Shown: positions 1 through 7,136 of the stretch, in pieces
Numbering within the stretch: the first letter of the stretch is position 1
Layout: every line of letters begins with the position of its first letter
Source: a virus
Taxonomy: Duplodnaviria; Caudoviricetes
Length of the DNA stretch: 25,901 bases
Reading direction: 5' to 3' (one strand)
IMG/VR virus record: IMGVR_UViG_3300024520_000442
Coordinates: 1-25,901 of that record
Program-made: the position numbers and the translations under genes
Notes under the pieces: model-generated
Databases searched by the model: none
What the model saw: only the letters and a program-made list of their open reading frames with translations
Told to the model about the DNA's origin: nothing

Positions 1-126
1 GACCAACCACAATACCGCCAGGATTCCGCACCCCAAATCGATCCACCTGTGATATCCAAATCGACAATGGACGCGGCGGAACCGATACCGCACCCACAAC
101 ACGAATCGATGTCTGCGTAAACTCAC
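1..126 (-). CDS. Partial small hypothetical protein, possibly DUF1660-like (runs off the left edge)
   Basis: GTG at 126 overlaps the upstream stop (GTGA). The frame stays open to the window edge (MSLRRHRFVLWVRYRFRRVHCRFGYHRWIDLGC...) and contains a C-x-FG-x-H-x-W motif seen in small prophage proteins. Confidence 0.35.
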   Translation of the reverse strand, partial: MSLRRHRFVLWVRYRFRRVHCRFGYHRWIDLGCGILAVLWLV

Positions 127-332
127 CCGGCACCCGTCCCGCCATCAGCAGCTTCAACGGCGGCCTCCCTAGCCAGCAGCTCGCCGAGCCGCGCAGTGTC
201 CTCTCGGAGCCCGCGCATCCACCAGCCGCTAACCCATCGCCCTCCCGCCGCCGCCCGGCGATCGATCTCGACCGTACCTGCGACGATTCGAGCCAGAGCG
301 CGCAGCATTTCTATGCGCCTTCGGTCCTTCAT
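123..332 (-). CDS. Hypothetical protein (~69 aa)
   Basis: ATG at 332 within ORF 123..419 (MKDRRRIEMLRALARIVAG...). Same orientation as the operon; the start is uncertain. Confidence 0.45.
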   Translation of the reverse strand: MKDRRRIEMLRALARIVAGTVEIDRRAAAGGRWVSGWWMRGLREDTARLGELLAREAAVEAADGGTGAG

Positions 333-427
333 GTCATCGCCCTGTTTCAGATTCACGGTATTCACAGCCAAAGATTCCCCTAACTTCGACAGCATCCCGG
401 CGTCCGATCGTTCCAACATTGGTACAC

Positions 428-628
428 CTATTCGTGGCCGGTTGCCTCTGGATACGCGTCCGGAAACATGGCCATATGCAAAGCACGCAGGGTGGCCTCT
501 GGATCCTCAAACGTGCGTCCAGAATCCACCTTGCCCGCCTCAATGGCTTCGACATCATCTAGTACCATTCCGGCCAGGAGCCACACTATGGCCTTGCCAA
601 CGCGCTCGGGTTTGTCTGAATGCAACAT
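428..628 (-). CDS. Hypothetical protein (~66 aa)
   Basis: ATG at 628 within ORF 428..778 avoids a large overlap with 658..951; protein MLHSDKPERVGKAIVWLLAGMVLDD... Confidence 0.45.
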   Translation of the reverse strand: MLHSDKPERVGKAIVWLLAGMVLDDVEAIEAGKVDSGRTFEDPEATLRALHMAMFPDAYPEATGHE

Positions 629-657
629 AATATCCGATATGGGACCTTGATCGCGGA

Positions 658-951
658 TCAGGGCTCGGAGCCCTTTGGGGCTCGATATCTGTAGGCCACC
701 TCCAACACGTGTCGCTCGTTGATACGCCCGATCAACCTCGGCGGTGCCCCAGGCACCGTAAGCCAATACTGGAACCAACCCGTTCGGATCCCATCTACAT
801 CGCGTTCCTCTTCGATCTCAGGCGACCAATCGGACGGATACGCGTCGCCCCGCATCCCATAAAACCACGAGCCGCCGTCACGGACTCGCAGGGCCTCAAT
901 CGTCGCGCCGAAAAGCCCGACGCCGTCAGCAGGCTGCTTAGGATCCATCAC
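658..951 (-). CDS. Hypothetical protein, paralogue 3 of a tandem triplet (D-x-x-G-x-x-TGWF...R-I/V-N motif)
   Basis: GGAGGG RBS upstream; clear similarity to the two upstream ORFs (IEEERDVDGIRTGWFQ...RINERHVLEVAY). Confidence 0.8.
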   Translation of the reverse strand: MMDPKQPADGVGLFGATIEALRVRDGGSWFYGMRGDAYPSDWSPEIEEERDVDGIRTGWFQYWLTVPGAPPRLIGRINERHVLEVAYRYRAPKGSEP

Positions 952-1258
952 ATCCCTCCGGGGCCGAGTCCACCCACGCCTCGGGATCCGTGGCGGGCTC
1001 GTACTTCACCTCGGCGACGTACCGCTCGTTGACACGCTGGAGTAACTGGGGTGCCTTGCCCACTTCCGTCCGCAAACACTGAAACCAACCCGTCCGGTTT
1101 CCCGCGGTGTCGTACTCGTGCACAATCTCGGTCGCTGCGTGTTGCGGAGACGGAGGAGCGGCGGAAGGCCAGATCCACGTAGCCCCGGCACGTACGCGAA
1201 TACCCACGATCGTCACGTCACGAAGCCCGCAAGGCTGCGGCGCCTGTTCTGCATCCAT
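938..1258 (-). CDS. Hypothetical protein, paralogue 2 of a tandem triplet
   Basis: GGAG RBS and TGATG coupling to the upstream gene; motif IVHEYDTAGNRTGWFQ...RVNERYVAEVKY. Confidence 0.8.
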   Translation of the reverse strand: MDAEQAPQPCGLRDVTIVGIRVRAGATWIWPSAAPPSPQHAATEIVHEYDTAGNRTGWFQCLRTEVGKAPQLLQRVNERYVAEVKYEPATDPEAWVDSAPEGCDGS

Positions 1259-1485
1259 CACTCGCTCCCCTGTGAATAGTCCGCCTGGATCACGAAATCA
1301 GCGTTGATCCGTCGGACAAGTGTCTCCTTTTTCGTATCGGGATCCGTGTGCCAAACCGAAAACCAGCCCGTGGTGTCGCCGTCCTCGTCCACGTCCTCGG
1401 CAATCACCTGATCGGGCGCCGCCGGTACAAGCGTCGCGCCGCCTCCGTCGAACAGCCGAACCACCCAAAGTGCCTCGATTGCCAT
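1258..1485 (-). CDS. Hypothetical protein, paralogue 1 of a tandem triplet
   Basis: ATG at 1485 with GGAG 6 nt upstream; motif IAEDVDEDGDTTGWFS...RINADFVIQADY. Confidence 0.78.
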   Translation of the reverse strand: MAIEALWVVRLFDGGGATLVPAAPDQVIAEDVDEDGDTTGWFSVWHTDPDTKKETLVRRINADFVIQADYSQGSE

Positions 1486-1486
1486 G

Positions 1487-1891
1487 TCAGTCTCCTTGAT
1501 TCGTCCTCTCAATACCCCCTATTGGTGCCGCACGGTCCGCCATGCGACGCACCTCACGAGCCGCGAGGCGCCTGGCCGCCTGGCTGATCTTGCGACGCCG
1601 GTGCCGTGAGACGGGGAGCGCTGCCAACAGCTCAGGGTCGAGGAACACCCGGCAGTCCATCTCTCGGCAGACCGTGGGCCGCCGATCCCATATCGTGCAG
1701 CCGGACCGGCGTTGCAGGTAGATGCAGTCTCCGTTTGCTTTGTGAGCCAACATGAGGCGCTCGCCAGCGGGCTCCGTGCGGTACCGCCGCGGGTCGTCGC
1801 CGCACTCAGGGTGCAGAAAGACCGCGTCGCCCTGGCAGCACAACGTGCAGCCGTCACACAAGACAAGCCTGTCTTTTCTTGAGGTCGTCAT
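1487..1891 (-). CDS. YkgJ-family (CxxCxxCC) cysteine-cluster protein, putative Fe-S/Zn-binding
   Basis: CDGCTLCC at the N-terminus, then GDCIYL, GCTIWDRRPTVCREMDC, the standard CxxCxxCC family pattern. Confidence 0.85.
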   Translation of the reverse strand: MTTSRKDRLVLCDGCTLCCQGDAVFLHPECGDDPRRYRTEPAGERLMLAHKANGDCIYLQRRSGCTIWDRRPTVCREMDCRVFLDPELLAALPVSRHRRRKISQAARRLAAREVRRMADRAAPIGGIERTNQGD

Positions 1892-2456
1892 ACCGCCTAC
1901 GCTCGTTCCAGAATCGATAGTAGCAGCCGCGAAACATCGCCTTCACAATATCTGGCGGAACGCGTCGCCGCGTCAACAGTGGCCCGCGCTTCACCACAGC
2001 CAGCAGCGGAGAGGGACACGCGTAGCCCGTGTATTCGTCTGGCTCTTGCCAATACGCATAGAGCAGGCCTGCGTAGTCCGGGAGGTCTGCAGGCTCAATC
2101 ACGAGCGGTGGGCACACATAGATAAACCGCGATGGCAGACCAGCGTCGTGCTGATCTCGCTTCTCTAGCCGCCTGTGCTTCTCTGGCTTGTCCTTGAAAT
2201 CGCGTCGAAAGTCTGCGCCGTTGCACTTGATCTCGTATTCGTTCAGCAGCCCGGATGCCGTGATCACGGCCACGTCGCATTCATACCATCCGGCCGGACC
2301 GTAGCTCGGCACGATAACGCGGGCCGGCCCGTCGCACCGATAGTGGACGGCGCCCTGCAAGGCACGCTCACACAAGCCCTCGCGCTGGAACGCAGGATCA
2401 TCCGGCCTGAAGGTGCGTGCCTGAGTGACTACCGCGCTGTGCTTGAACTGAGCCAT
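1854..2456 (-). CDS. MmcB-like PD-(D/E)XK endonuclease-fold protein
   Basis: ECDVAVIT...EYEIKCNGADFRRDFKDK...RFIYVCP...LPDYAGLL matches the D...E-I-K-x-x-x-x-D-F pattern of MmcB-like phage nucleases. Confidence 0.7.
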   Translation of the reverse strand: MAQFKHSAVVTQARTFRPDDPAFQREGLCERALQGAVHYRCDGPARVIVPSYGPAGWYECDVAVITASGLLNEYEIKCNGADFRRDFKDKPEKHRRLEKRDQHDAGLPSRFIYVCPPLVIEPADLPDYAGLLYAYWQEPDEYTGYACPSPLLAVVKRGPLLTRRRVPPDIVKAMFRGCYYRFWNERRRYDDLKKRQACLV

Positions 2457-2486
2457 TCGCCACCATTGATAAGGAGGCCCGCGCCG

Positions 2487-2672
2487 CTATACTTCGTGGC
2501 CGTCCTGGCCACGTGGGGGGGAAGCATTGGTCAGACGCGGGCCTCCCGGAGATAACTCGAGGTCGGAAACGACCGCACCGAGCAACAGCTCAGGCCGGTG
2601 CCTGGCCATGTGCCCGCTGATCGGCTGGGGCAGGTCGTCAGTCGTCTCGCTGTAGGGCAGCTCCTCAAGCAC
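2487..2672 (-). CDS. Possible hypothetical protein (~61 aa)
   Basis: Fills the gap between the AlpA-like and nuclease genes; GTG at 2672 overlaps the AlpA-like stop region; no recognisable motif. Confidence 0.3.
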   Translation of the reverse strand: MLEELPYSETTDDLPQPISGHMARHRPELLLGAVVSDLELSPGGPRLTNASPPRGQDGHEV

Positions 2673-2865
2673 GAGGCCGCTCCGATAAAGACGCGATCCA
2701 CGCCGTAATATCTGACCGCCGCCACACCACCCTCCGCACGCCCTTGATCTCCACGGGACACGGGAAGTCCACCGAGTCTGCAACCAACAACTGAATCCGC
2801 CGCTCACTTAGCGACGTGAGTTCCGACACTATTTCAATCCCGATCAGGTCGTCCATGCGATTCAC
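2665..2865 (-). CDS. AlpA/excisionase-like winged helix-turn-helix regulator
   Basis: 66 aa; LIGIEIVSELTSLSERRIQLLV...FPCPVEIKGVRRVVWRRSDITAWI matches the AlpA pattern (FP-x-P...W-x-x-S-D/E-I-x-x-W). Confidence 0.85.
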   Translation of the reverse strand: MNRMDDLIGIEIVSELTSLSERRIQLLVADSVDFPCPVEIKGVRRVVWRRSDITAWIASLSERPRA

Positions 2866-2890
2866 GTTCCAGCGGCCTGGTTACCAAGCC

Positions 2891-2940
2891 ATATGCCTCT
2901 GTGCGCCTCTATGCACAAGTATACGCCACTGTGCGCCGTG
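2891..2940. repeat. Five degenerate 10-bp tandem direct repeats overlapping the promoter
   Basis: ATATGCCTCT / GTGCGCCTCT / ATGCACAAGT / ATACGCCACT / GTGCGCCGTG in exact 10-bp phase; the third unit is the most divergent. Confidence 0.6.
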
Positions 2941-2946
2941 CATCAA
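2918..2946 (-). promoter_or_regulatory. Sigma70-like promoter for the AlpA-led accessory operon
   Basis: Minus strand TTGATG-N17-TATACT, about 50 nt upstream of the AlpA-like start. Confidence 0.7.
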
Positions 2947-2949
2947 GGC

Positions 2950-2999
2950 GGAAATAGGGGCGGGCCTGGCAGTGGTCCGAAGACCGGCCGCCAGGCCCG
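2950..2999 (-). terminator. Strong GC hairpin with a C(UUCG)G tetraloop, likely end of the structural operon
   Basis: CGGGCCTGGC (2961-2970) pairs with GCCAGGCCCG (2990-2999); inner GGTC-TTCG-GACC on the minus strand; only a weak U-tract follows (CCCCTATTTCC). Confidence 0.6.
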
Positions 3000-3018
3000 G
3001 AGAAGCGACTCGAGCACC

Positions 3019-3234
3019 CTAGACGGGTGCCGTGAAAATATCTGTCTCGGAGACGGTCGCCGCTTGGGCTTCCCGTCGGTGCCGATGCACCCGCGCCTTG
3101 GCCCAGGCCCGGATGTACCGCTCGGCATACGCCACGTCGCCCTCAGCCTCCAGCCGTCCGAATCCCGTCGACTCCACGTAGGCGACGAACATCTGACCCT
3201 TCTCGGCAGTCGCTTCTAACGTCAGCGTCGGCAT
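3019..3234 (-). CDS. Hypothetical protein (71 aa)
   Basis: ATG 1 nt after the upstream stop with GGAG RBS; last gene before the hairpin. Confidence 0.65.
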   Translation of the reverse strand: MPTLTLEATAEKGQMFVAYVESTGFGRLEAEGDVAYAERYIRAWAKARVHRHRREAQAATVSETDIFTAPV

Positions 3235-3235
3235 G

Positions 3236-3571
3236 TCATTCTCCGTTTGATTTTGGCGGTGTGGCCGCGGTCAGCGTGGCCATCACCTGAGCCAGCACGA
3301 GCGATGGGAAGGCCGCCGGATTCTCCTCCACCGCGGCCCGCGCGCGATCGTACTCCGCGTCTTCCATGTCGAGGAACGTGCTTGACGTCGTCGCCGCTTC
3401 GTGCAGCTTCAAGGCCAGCGACCAGTTGGCCACGGCCTGGCTCCCGTTGGCCACGCTCTTCGCAAGCGTTTGCTGCAGCGCAAGGGACACGCGGAACGGT
3501 GGGCCTTCGGTTGTCCTCACAGCCACACCAGATATGTCGCTGATTATGTCACCTACGTCGACTCTTTTCAT
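3236..3571 (-). CDS. Hypothetical protein, possible tail-fibre assembly chaperone
   Basis: 111 aa, helical (WSLALKLHEA...LDMEDAEYDRARAAVE), directly after the fibre gene, with AGGAG RBS. Function inferred from position only. Confidence 0.6.
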   Translation of the reverse strand: MKRVDVGDIISDISGVAVRTTEGPPFRVSLALQQTLAKSVANGSQAVANWSLALKLHEAATTSSTFLDMEDAEYDRARAAVEENPAAFPSLVLAQVMATLTAATPPKSNGE

Positions 3572-3583
3572 GTCTCGCTTCTC

Positions 3584-6500
3584 CTAGAGGTAGACTGGAA
3601 ACCAGCCCTTAACGGTGCCGGTAAATATTCGCTTCCACACTTGTACTCCGAGCGCACCCGTCGGTAGATTTGCCAGCGCTGGCGGCGATGAGGATCCGGC
3701 GCTGTCAAAGGACACATCGATCAAGAACGTATTGACTATGCCTGTCGACACCGCGGCATCTATTGCCAGATGCCCGCACCGAACGCGTGCGTCAACGTCC
3801 AGCCCCGCGGCGTCCAGCGTCATTTCCGCAGTGGCCCCGATCAAGAATTCAAGGTCCCCGCTGGTGCCGAAACCGAAGCCAGTGTCAACGCCGCCATTGT
3901 TGAATAACCACTTGTCCTCGGTCAGCAGTACGGTCAGTGTTTCTGACGTGTCGCCGATCCCCGTGAGCGTTATCTCAAGGCGCGACCCATGATCCGACAC
4001 GCCCCAGTCCTCATCGGCCAGCGCGCGGATTGTCGCGGCGATGCCGTAGGCGTTGCCGTCGTGTCCGTAAAGCGCAAGCTCTCCGAGTTCGTCGTTGTCC
4101 GATACTGCCGTCGGTGAGCCGAGCGTGCCACGTGCGCGCCGTAGCTGCAGTTGGGCTGGCGCTGCTACCGTCGCACTGGCCACAGTCACGAGCGCCGTGC
4201 CGTCGTCCAAATTGAAAAGACCGGTTATCCGTGTGTCACCCGTGATCTCAATGGAGCCGGTCCCCTTGGCCGAGAACAGTAGGTCGATGTCTGTGTCAGT
4301 CCCGGCCGCGCCGAGCGATGGCCCGGAGCCCGTCGCCGCGTTGGTAGCCGCAAGGTAGTTTACCGCGCTGGCCACCGACGCCGCCGTGAAGGCCTTCAGG
4401 CCTTCGGGCTGCATCAGGATCTCTGAGGACGCGTCGGTCGTTGTCAGCGGCAACCCACCCCCGCCACCGAGCACGTTGATCTCAAGGCAGTTGAGCACCT
4501 CGGCCGTAAACGCGGCGGCAACGCCGACAAGCTCCATCGTAGCGGCCTGGATCGTCACCGTCCCGGTCTCCGGCGCGCCGTAGATCACCACGTCGTCGCC
4601 GTTGACATCGACGTAGCCGGCGCCCGTCGTGTACATCCCGACCTTGTTCCCACTGCCACGGATCTGCGGATAGGCTGTGGAGCCATCGCCGCTACGCACC
4701 TCGAGGTAGGTCGCGGCCGAGGCTACCGGCGTCAGCCGCAGAACCTCGTTCGGGTCGTCGGCCTCACCGATCGCCGTCAGCGCGAACGAAAGCTGTGTGC
4801 CCTGCGCGGCGCCGCTCCAGTTCTCCGACGCCGTCCACGTGGCCATGCCCGACTTGGTCACGGTGCTGGCGTCGTGCCCCCATGCCTGCAGGTCGCCCAG
4901 CACATCCCCCGATTGAACCGCGGCAGGCCCTGTGCGCGAGCGCTGGAACGCAAACGTGGGGCCGGACGCATTGCTTACGATCGACATGACCGCGACGCCG
5001 CCAGCGACGAAAAGAAAGTCGGTGTTGATCGTGCCCGACGCCAGGATATCGAAGTCGTCCATATCCAGGTCGCCGAGCATCGGACGCGTACCCAACCGGT
5101 CCAGGAGATCCGTGATCGACTCGCCGCCATCCTCGATCACCTTGCCCGTCGTACCCTGGTAGATCGCGATGTTCTGGTCTACCGATGGAGCGATGCCGAT
5201 CACATCTCCAGACGATGCCACGCCGGCCCCCGTCCCCGCGCTGAACGCCAACGGCCGGACATCTTTCCACGTGGCGTTTGTAAAGTCGGTATCCCCCTCC
5301 TGCATGACCACGGTCGAGCTACACGGCAGCAGCGCTAGGCCGGGCGGAATCGCCGGCGGGTCAGCGAGCACCGCCGCGCCCTCCGTATTGAATTGCTCCT
5401 GTGGGTAGACCCAGTGGATAGCGCCGTTGGGGTACGTGGCGGTTGGCGCGGAAACCAAGAAGAGCGACTTAAACCACTTCTTGATGCCCATGGCCACCAG
5501 GTCGGTACCGTTATCCCAAAACTCATTGTCCAGCTCGGCGTCTGTGTCTGACGTCCACACGCCCGACGAGTGAAACCAACGGACGAGATTGACGGTCTGG
5601 CTGAAGATAGCCGGCACCACGTTCCCATGGTGGCCGTCCGTGTAGTATTCGCCGGACGTACACAGCACGTCTCGGTCGTTCGTACCGTCTGGATCTGCCG
5701 AGACGGCGACGCCATCGGCCACGACAATCGGCATGATCTCGGCCAGCGCGTGATGCACCTCGTGCGGAAACTCGCGGATAATCGGCTCGACGTGCAACGT
5801 GTAGATGTCGTTTTCTTGGCACGCGATCGTCGCCACGGCGATCTCGTCACCGCCCGGCGCGACAGTGCCGAGCGTCAGGGTCGACCCAGCAGACCACAGC
5901 AGATAGCTGACATCGCCGTCGGCGCACGTACCGCTACCGGCGTTCGTGGTGACGATGTCCTGCTCGAAGTCAACGACGAGCCCCGCACCCCACGAAATGG
6001 CTCGGCTACCATCGTCGGAGACGGATATCTCCGTCAGGACGCCAGCCGTGATCGTGTCGTCCAACATCTGCCACACGGTCCGGTCCGGCTTGTAGCCGAT
6101 GAGCGTAGCGCCTTCAACCGGTGACGTTGTGTCCGCCAGCTCAGCCTTAGACACAAACTCCTTCCAGATGGCGGCGCCGACAGTAGCATCGATGCAGACC
6201 CAGATCAGATCGGCCGTCACGTCAAACCACCAGGACCCGACGCTCCAATCATCATCCGCGTCGTCGTTCACCGTCGGCGCTGTCGTGGCCGTGCGATTGT
6301 GGAGCGGTGCGGCGACCTCCAACCAGCTCGCGGAGCCGACACTAGCATCGATGCAGACCCACACCAGATCCGCGGTCACGTCAAACCACCAGGACCCGAC
6401 GCCGAAGCCGTCGTCCGCATCGTCGTTGACGGTCGGCGCCGTCGTGGCCGCGAAGTTCTTCAGCGCCGAATTATCGCCCAGCCAGTCAAGCGCCTCGCGC

Positions 6501-6658
6501 ACGTTGACCGGGACCGTTGGCCAAGAGGTCTTGGTCGTTGGCGTGTAGCCCACGTCCTTGCTATAGGACCGCGGGTCTGTCGGTTGGAACCCGCTGGCGC
6601 CCTGATCGCGCGAGCCGCCGACGGCGTTTCGGGTCGGCGTGAAGTGCGTATCAGGCAT
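3584..6658 (-). CDS. Putative tail fibre / receptor-binding protein (1024 aa)
   Basis: G/A/T/S/D-rich, beta-rich and modular, with internal repeats; located at the end of the tail module. Confidence 0.75.
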   Translation of the reverse strand: MPDTHFTPTRNAVGGSRDQGASGFQPTDPRSYSKDVGYTPTTKTSWPTVPVNVREALDWLGDNSALKNFAATTAPTVNDDADDGFGVGSWWFDVTADLVWVCIDASVGSASWLEVAAPLHNRTATTAPTVNDDADDDWSVGSWWFDVTADLIWVCIDATVGAAIWKEFVSKAELADTTSPVEGATLIGYKPDRTVWQMLDDTITAGVLTEISVSDDGSRAISWGAGLVVDFEQDIVTTNAGSGTCADGDVSYLLWSAGSTLTLGTVAPGGDEIAVATIACQENDIYTLHVEPIIREFPHEVHHALAEIMPIVVADGVAVSADPDGTNDRDVLCTSGEYYTDGHHGNVVPAIFSQTVNLVRWFHSSGVWTSDTDAELDNEFWDNGTDLVAMGIKKWFKSLFLVSAPTATYPNGAIHWVYPQEQFNTEGAAVLADPPAIPPGLALLPCSSTVVMQEGDTDFTNATWKDVRPLAFSAGTGAGVASSGDVIGIAPSVDQNIAIYQGTTGKVIEDGGESITDLLDRLGTRPMLGDLDMDDFDILASGTINTDFLFVAGGVAVMSIVSNASGPTFAFQRSRTGPAAVQSGDVLGDLQAWGHDASTVTKSGMATWTASENWSGAAQGTQLSFALTAIGEADDPNEVLRLTPVASAATYLEVRSGDGSTAYPQIRGSGNKVGMYTTGAGYVDVNGDDVVIYGAPETGTVTIQAATMELVGVAAAFTAEVLNCLEINVLGGGGGLPLTTTDASSEILMQPEGLKAFTAASVASAVNYLAATNAATGSGPSLGAAGTDTDIDLLFSAKGTGSIEITGDTRITGLFNLDDGTALVTVASATVAAPAQLQLRRARGTLGSPTAVSDNDELGELALYGHDGNAYGIAATIRALADEDWGVSDHGSRLEITLTGIGDTSETLTVLLTEDKWLFNNGGVDTGFGFGTSGDLEFLIGATAEMTLDAAGLDVDARVRCGHLAIDAAVSTGIVNTFLIDVSFDSAGSSSPPALANLPTGALGVQVWKRIFTGTVKGWFPVYL
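6184..6450. repeat. In-frame tandem duplication (159-bp period, 53 aa) in the fibre N-terminus
   Basis: TAPTVNDDADD-x-x-x-VGSWWFDVTADL-x-WVCIDA-x-VG occurs twice; DNA copies start at 6184 and 6343. Confidence 0.9.
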
Positions 6659-7124
6659 CGGCCGCCCCCCCCGTGATCATGGAGAAATACGTACGCTCCG
6701 GGACGATGCCGATCTCAACGGCCGTCGCCGTGAAACTCGGCATGACGTCGAGGAAGTGGATCACATCGCCAGCGGCGAACGACCAGCTCGGCATCTCATC
6801 CCAGCCGATGCGCAGGAACATCGGAAGCGCCAACGGGAGTTCCATATCCTGCTGATGCTCTCGCCAGATCAAGGTACGGTATATCTGAGACTTGACCCAG
6901 TCGCCAGTCGCGGAATCCACGTGCTCGTTTTCGGCCACAGACTCCCGGTAAAGTTCCACCACGTGCGGGTCGTCGTTCTCATCGATGGACGTCCGGACGT
7001 AGGCCAGCATGAATGGCGTATCCCACGTCACGCGCAGCTCGAGGATCTGGCCGGCGTTCACAGCCTGCGCCCGCTTGATCCAGTCGCCAGTCGGCTTAAC
7101 GGCCTCGGCGAAAATGCCCGCCAT
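6651..7124 (-). CDS. Hypothetical protein, probable virion component (157 aa)
   Basis: AAGGGG RBS; overlaps the fibre start by 8 nt; lies within the tail module. Confidence 0.65.
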   Translation of the reverse strand: MAGIFAEAVKPTGDWIKRAQAVNAGQILELRVTWDTPFMLAYVRTSIDENDDPHVVELYRESVAENEHVDSATGDWVKSQIYRTLIWREHQQDMELPLALPMFLRIGWDEMPSWSFAAGDVIHFLDVMPSFTATAVEIGIVPERTYFSMITGGAADA

Positions 7125-7136
7125 GCTGTCCCCTTT

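Noticed and set aside
6184-6450. Fibre repeat pair as a diversity-generating retroelement TR/VR
   Set aside because: Both copies are in-frame near the N-terminus, the mismatches are not adenine-specific, and no reverse transcriptase is present in the window.
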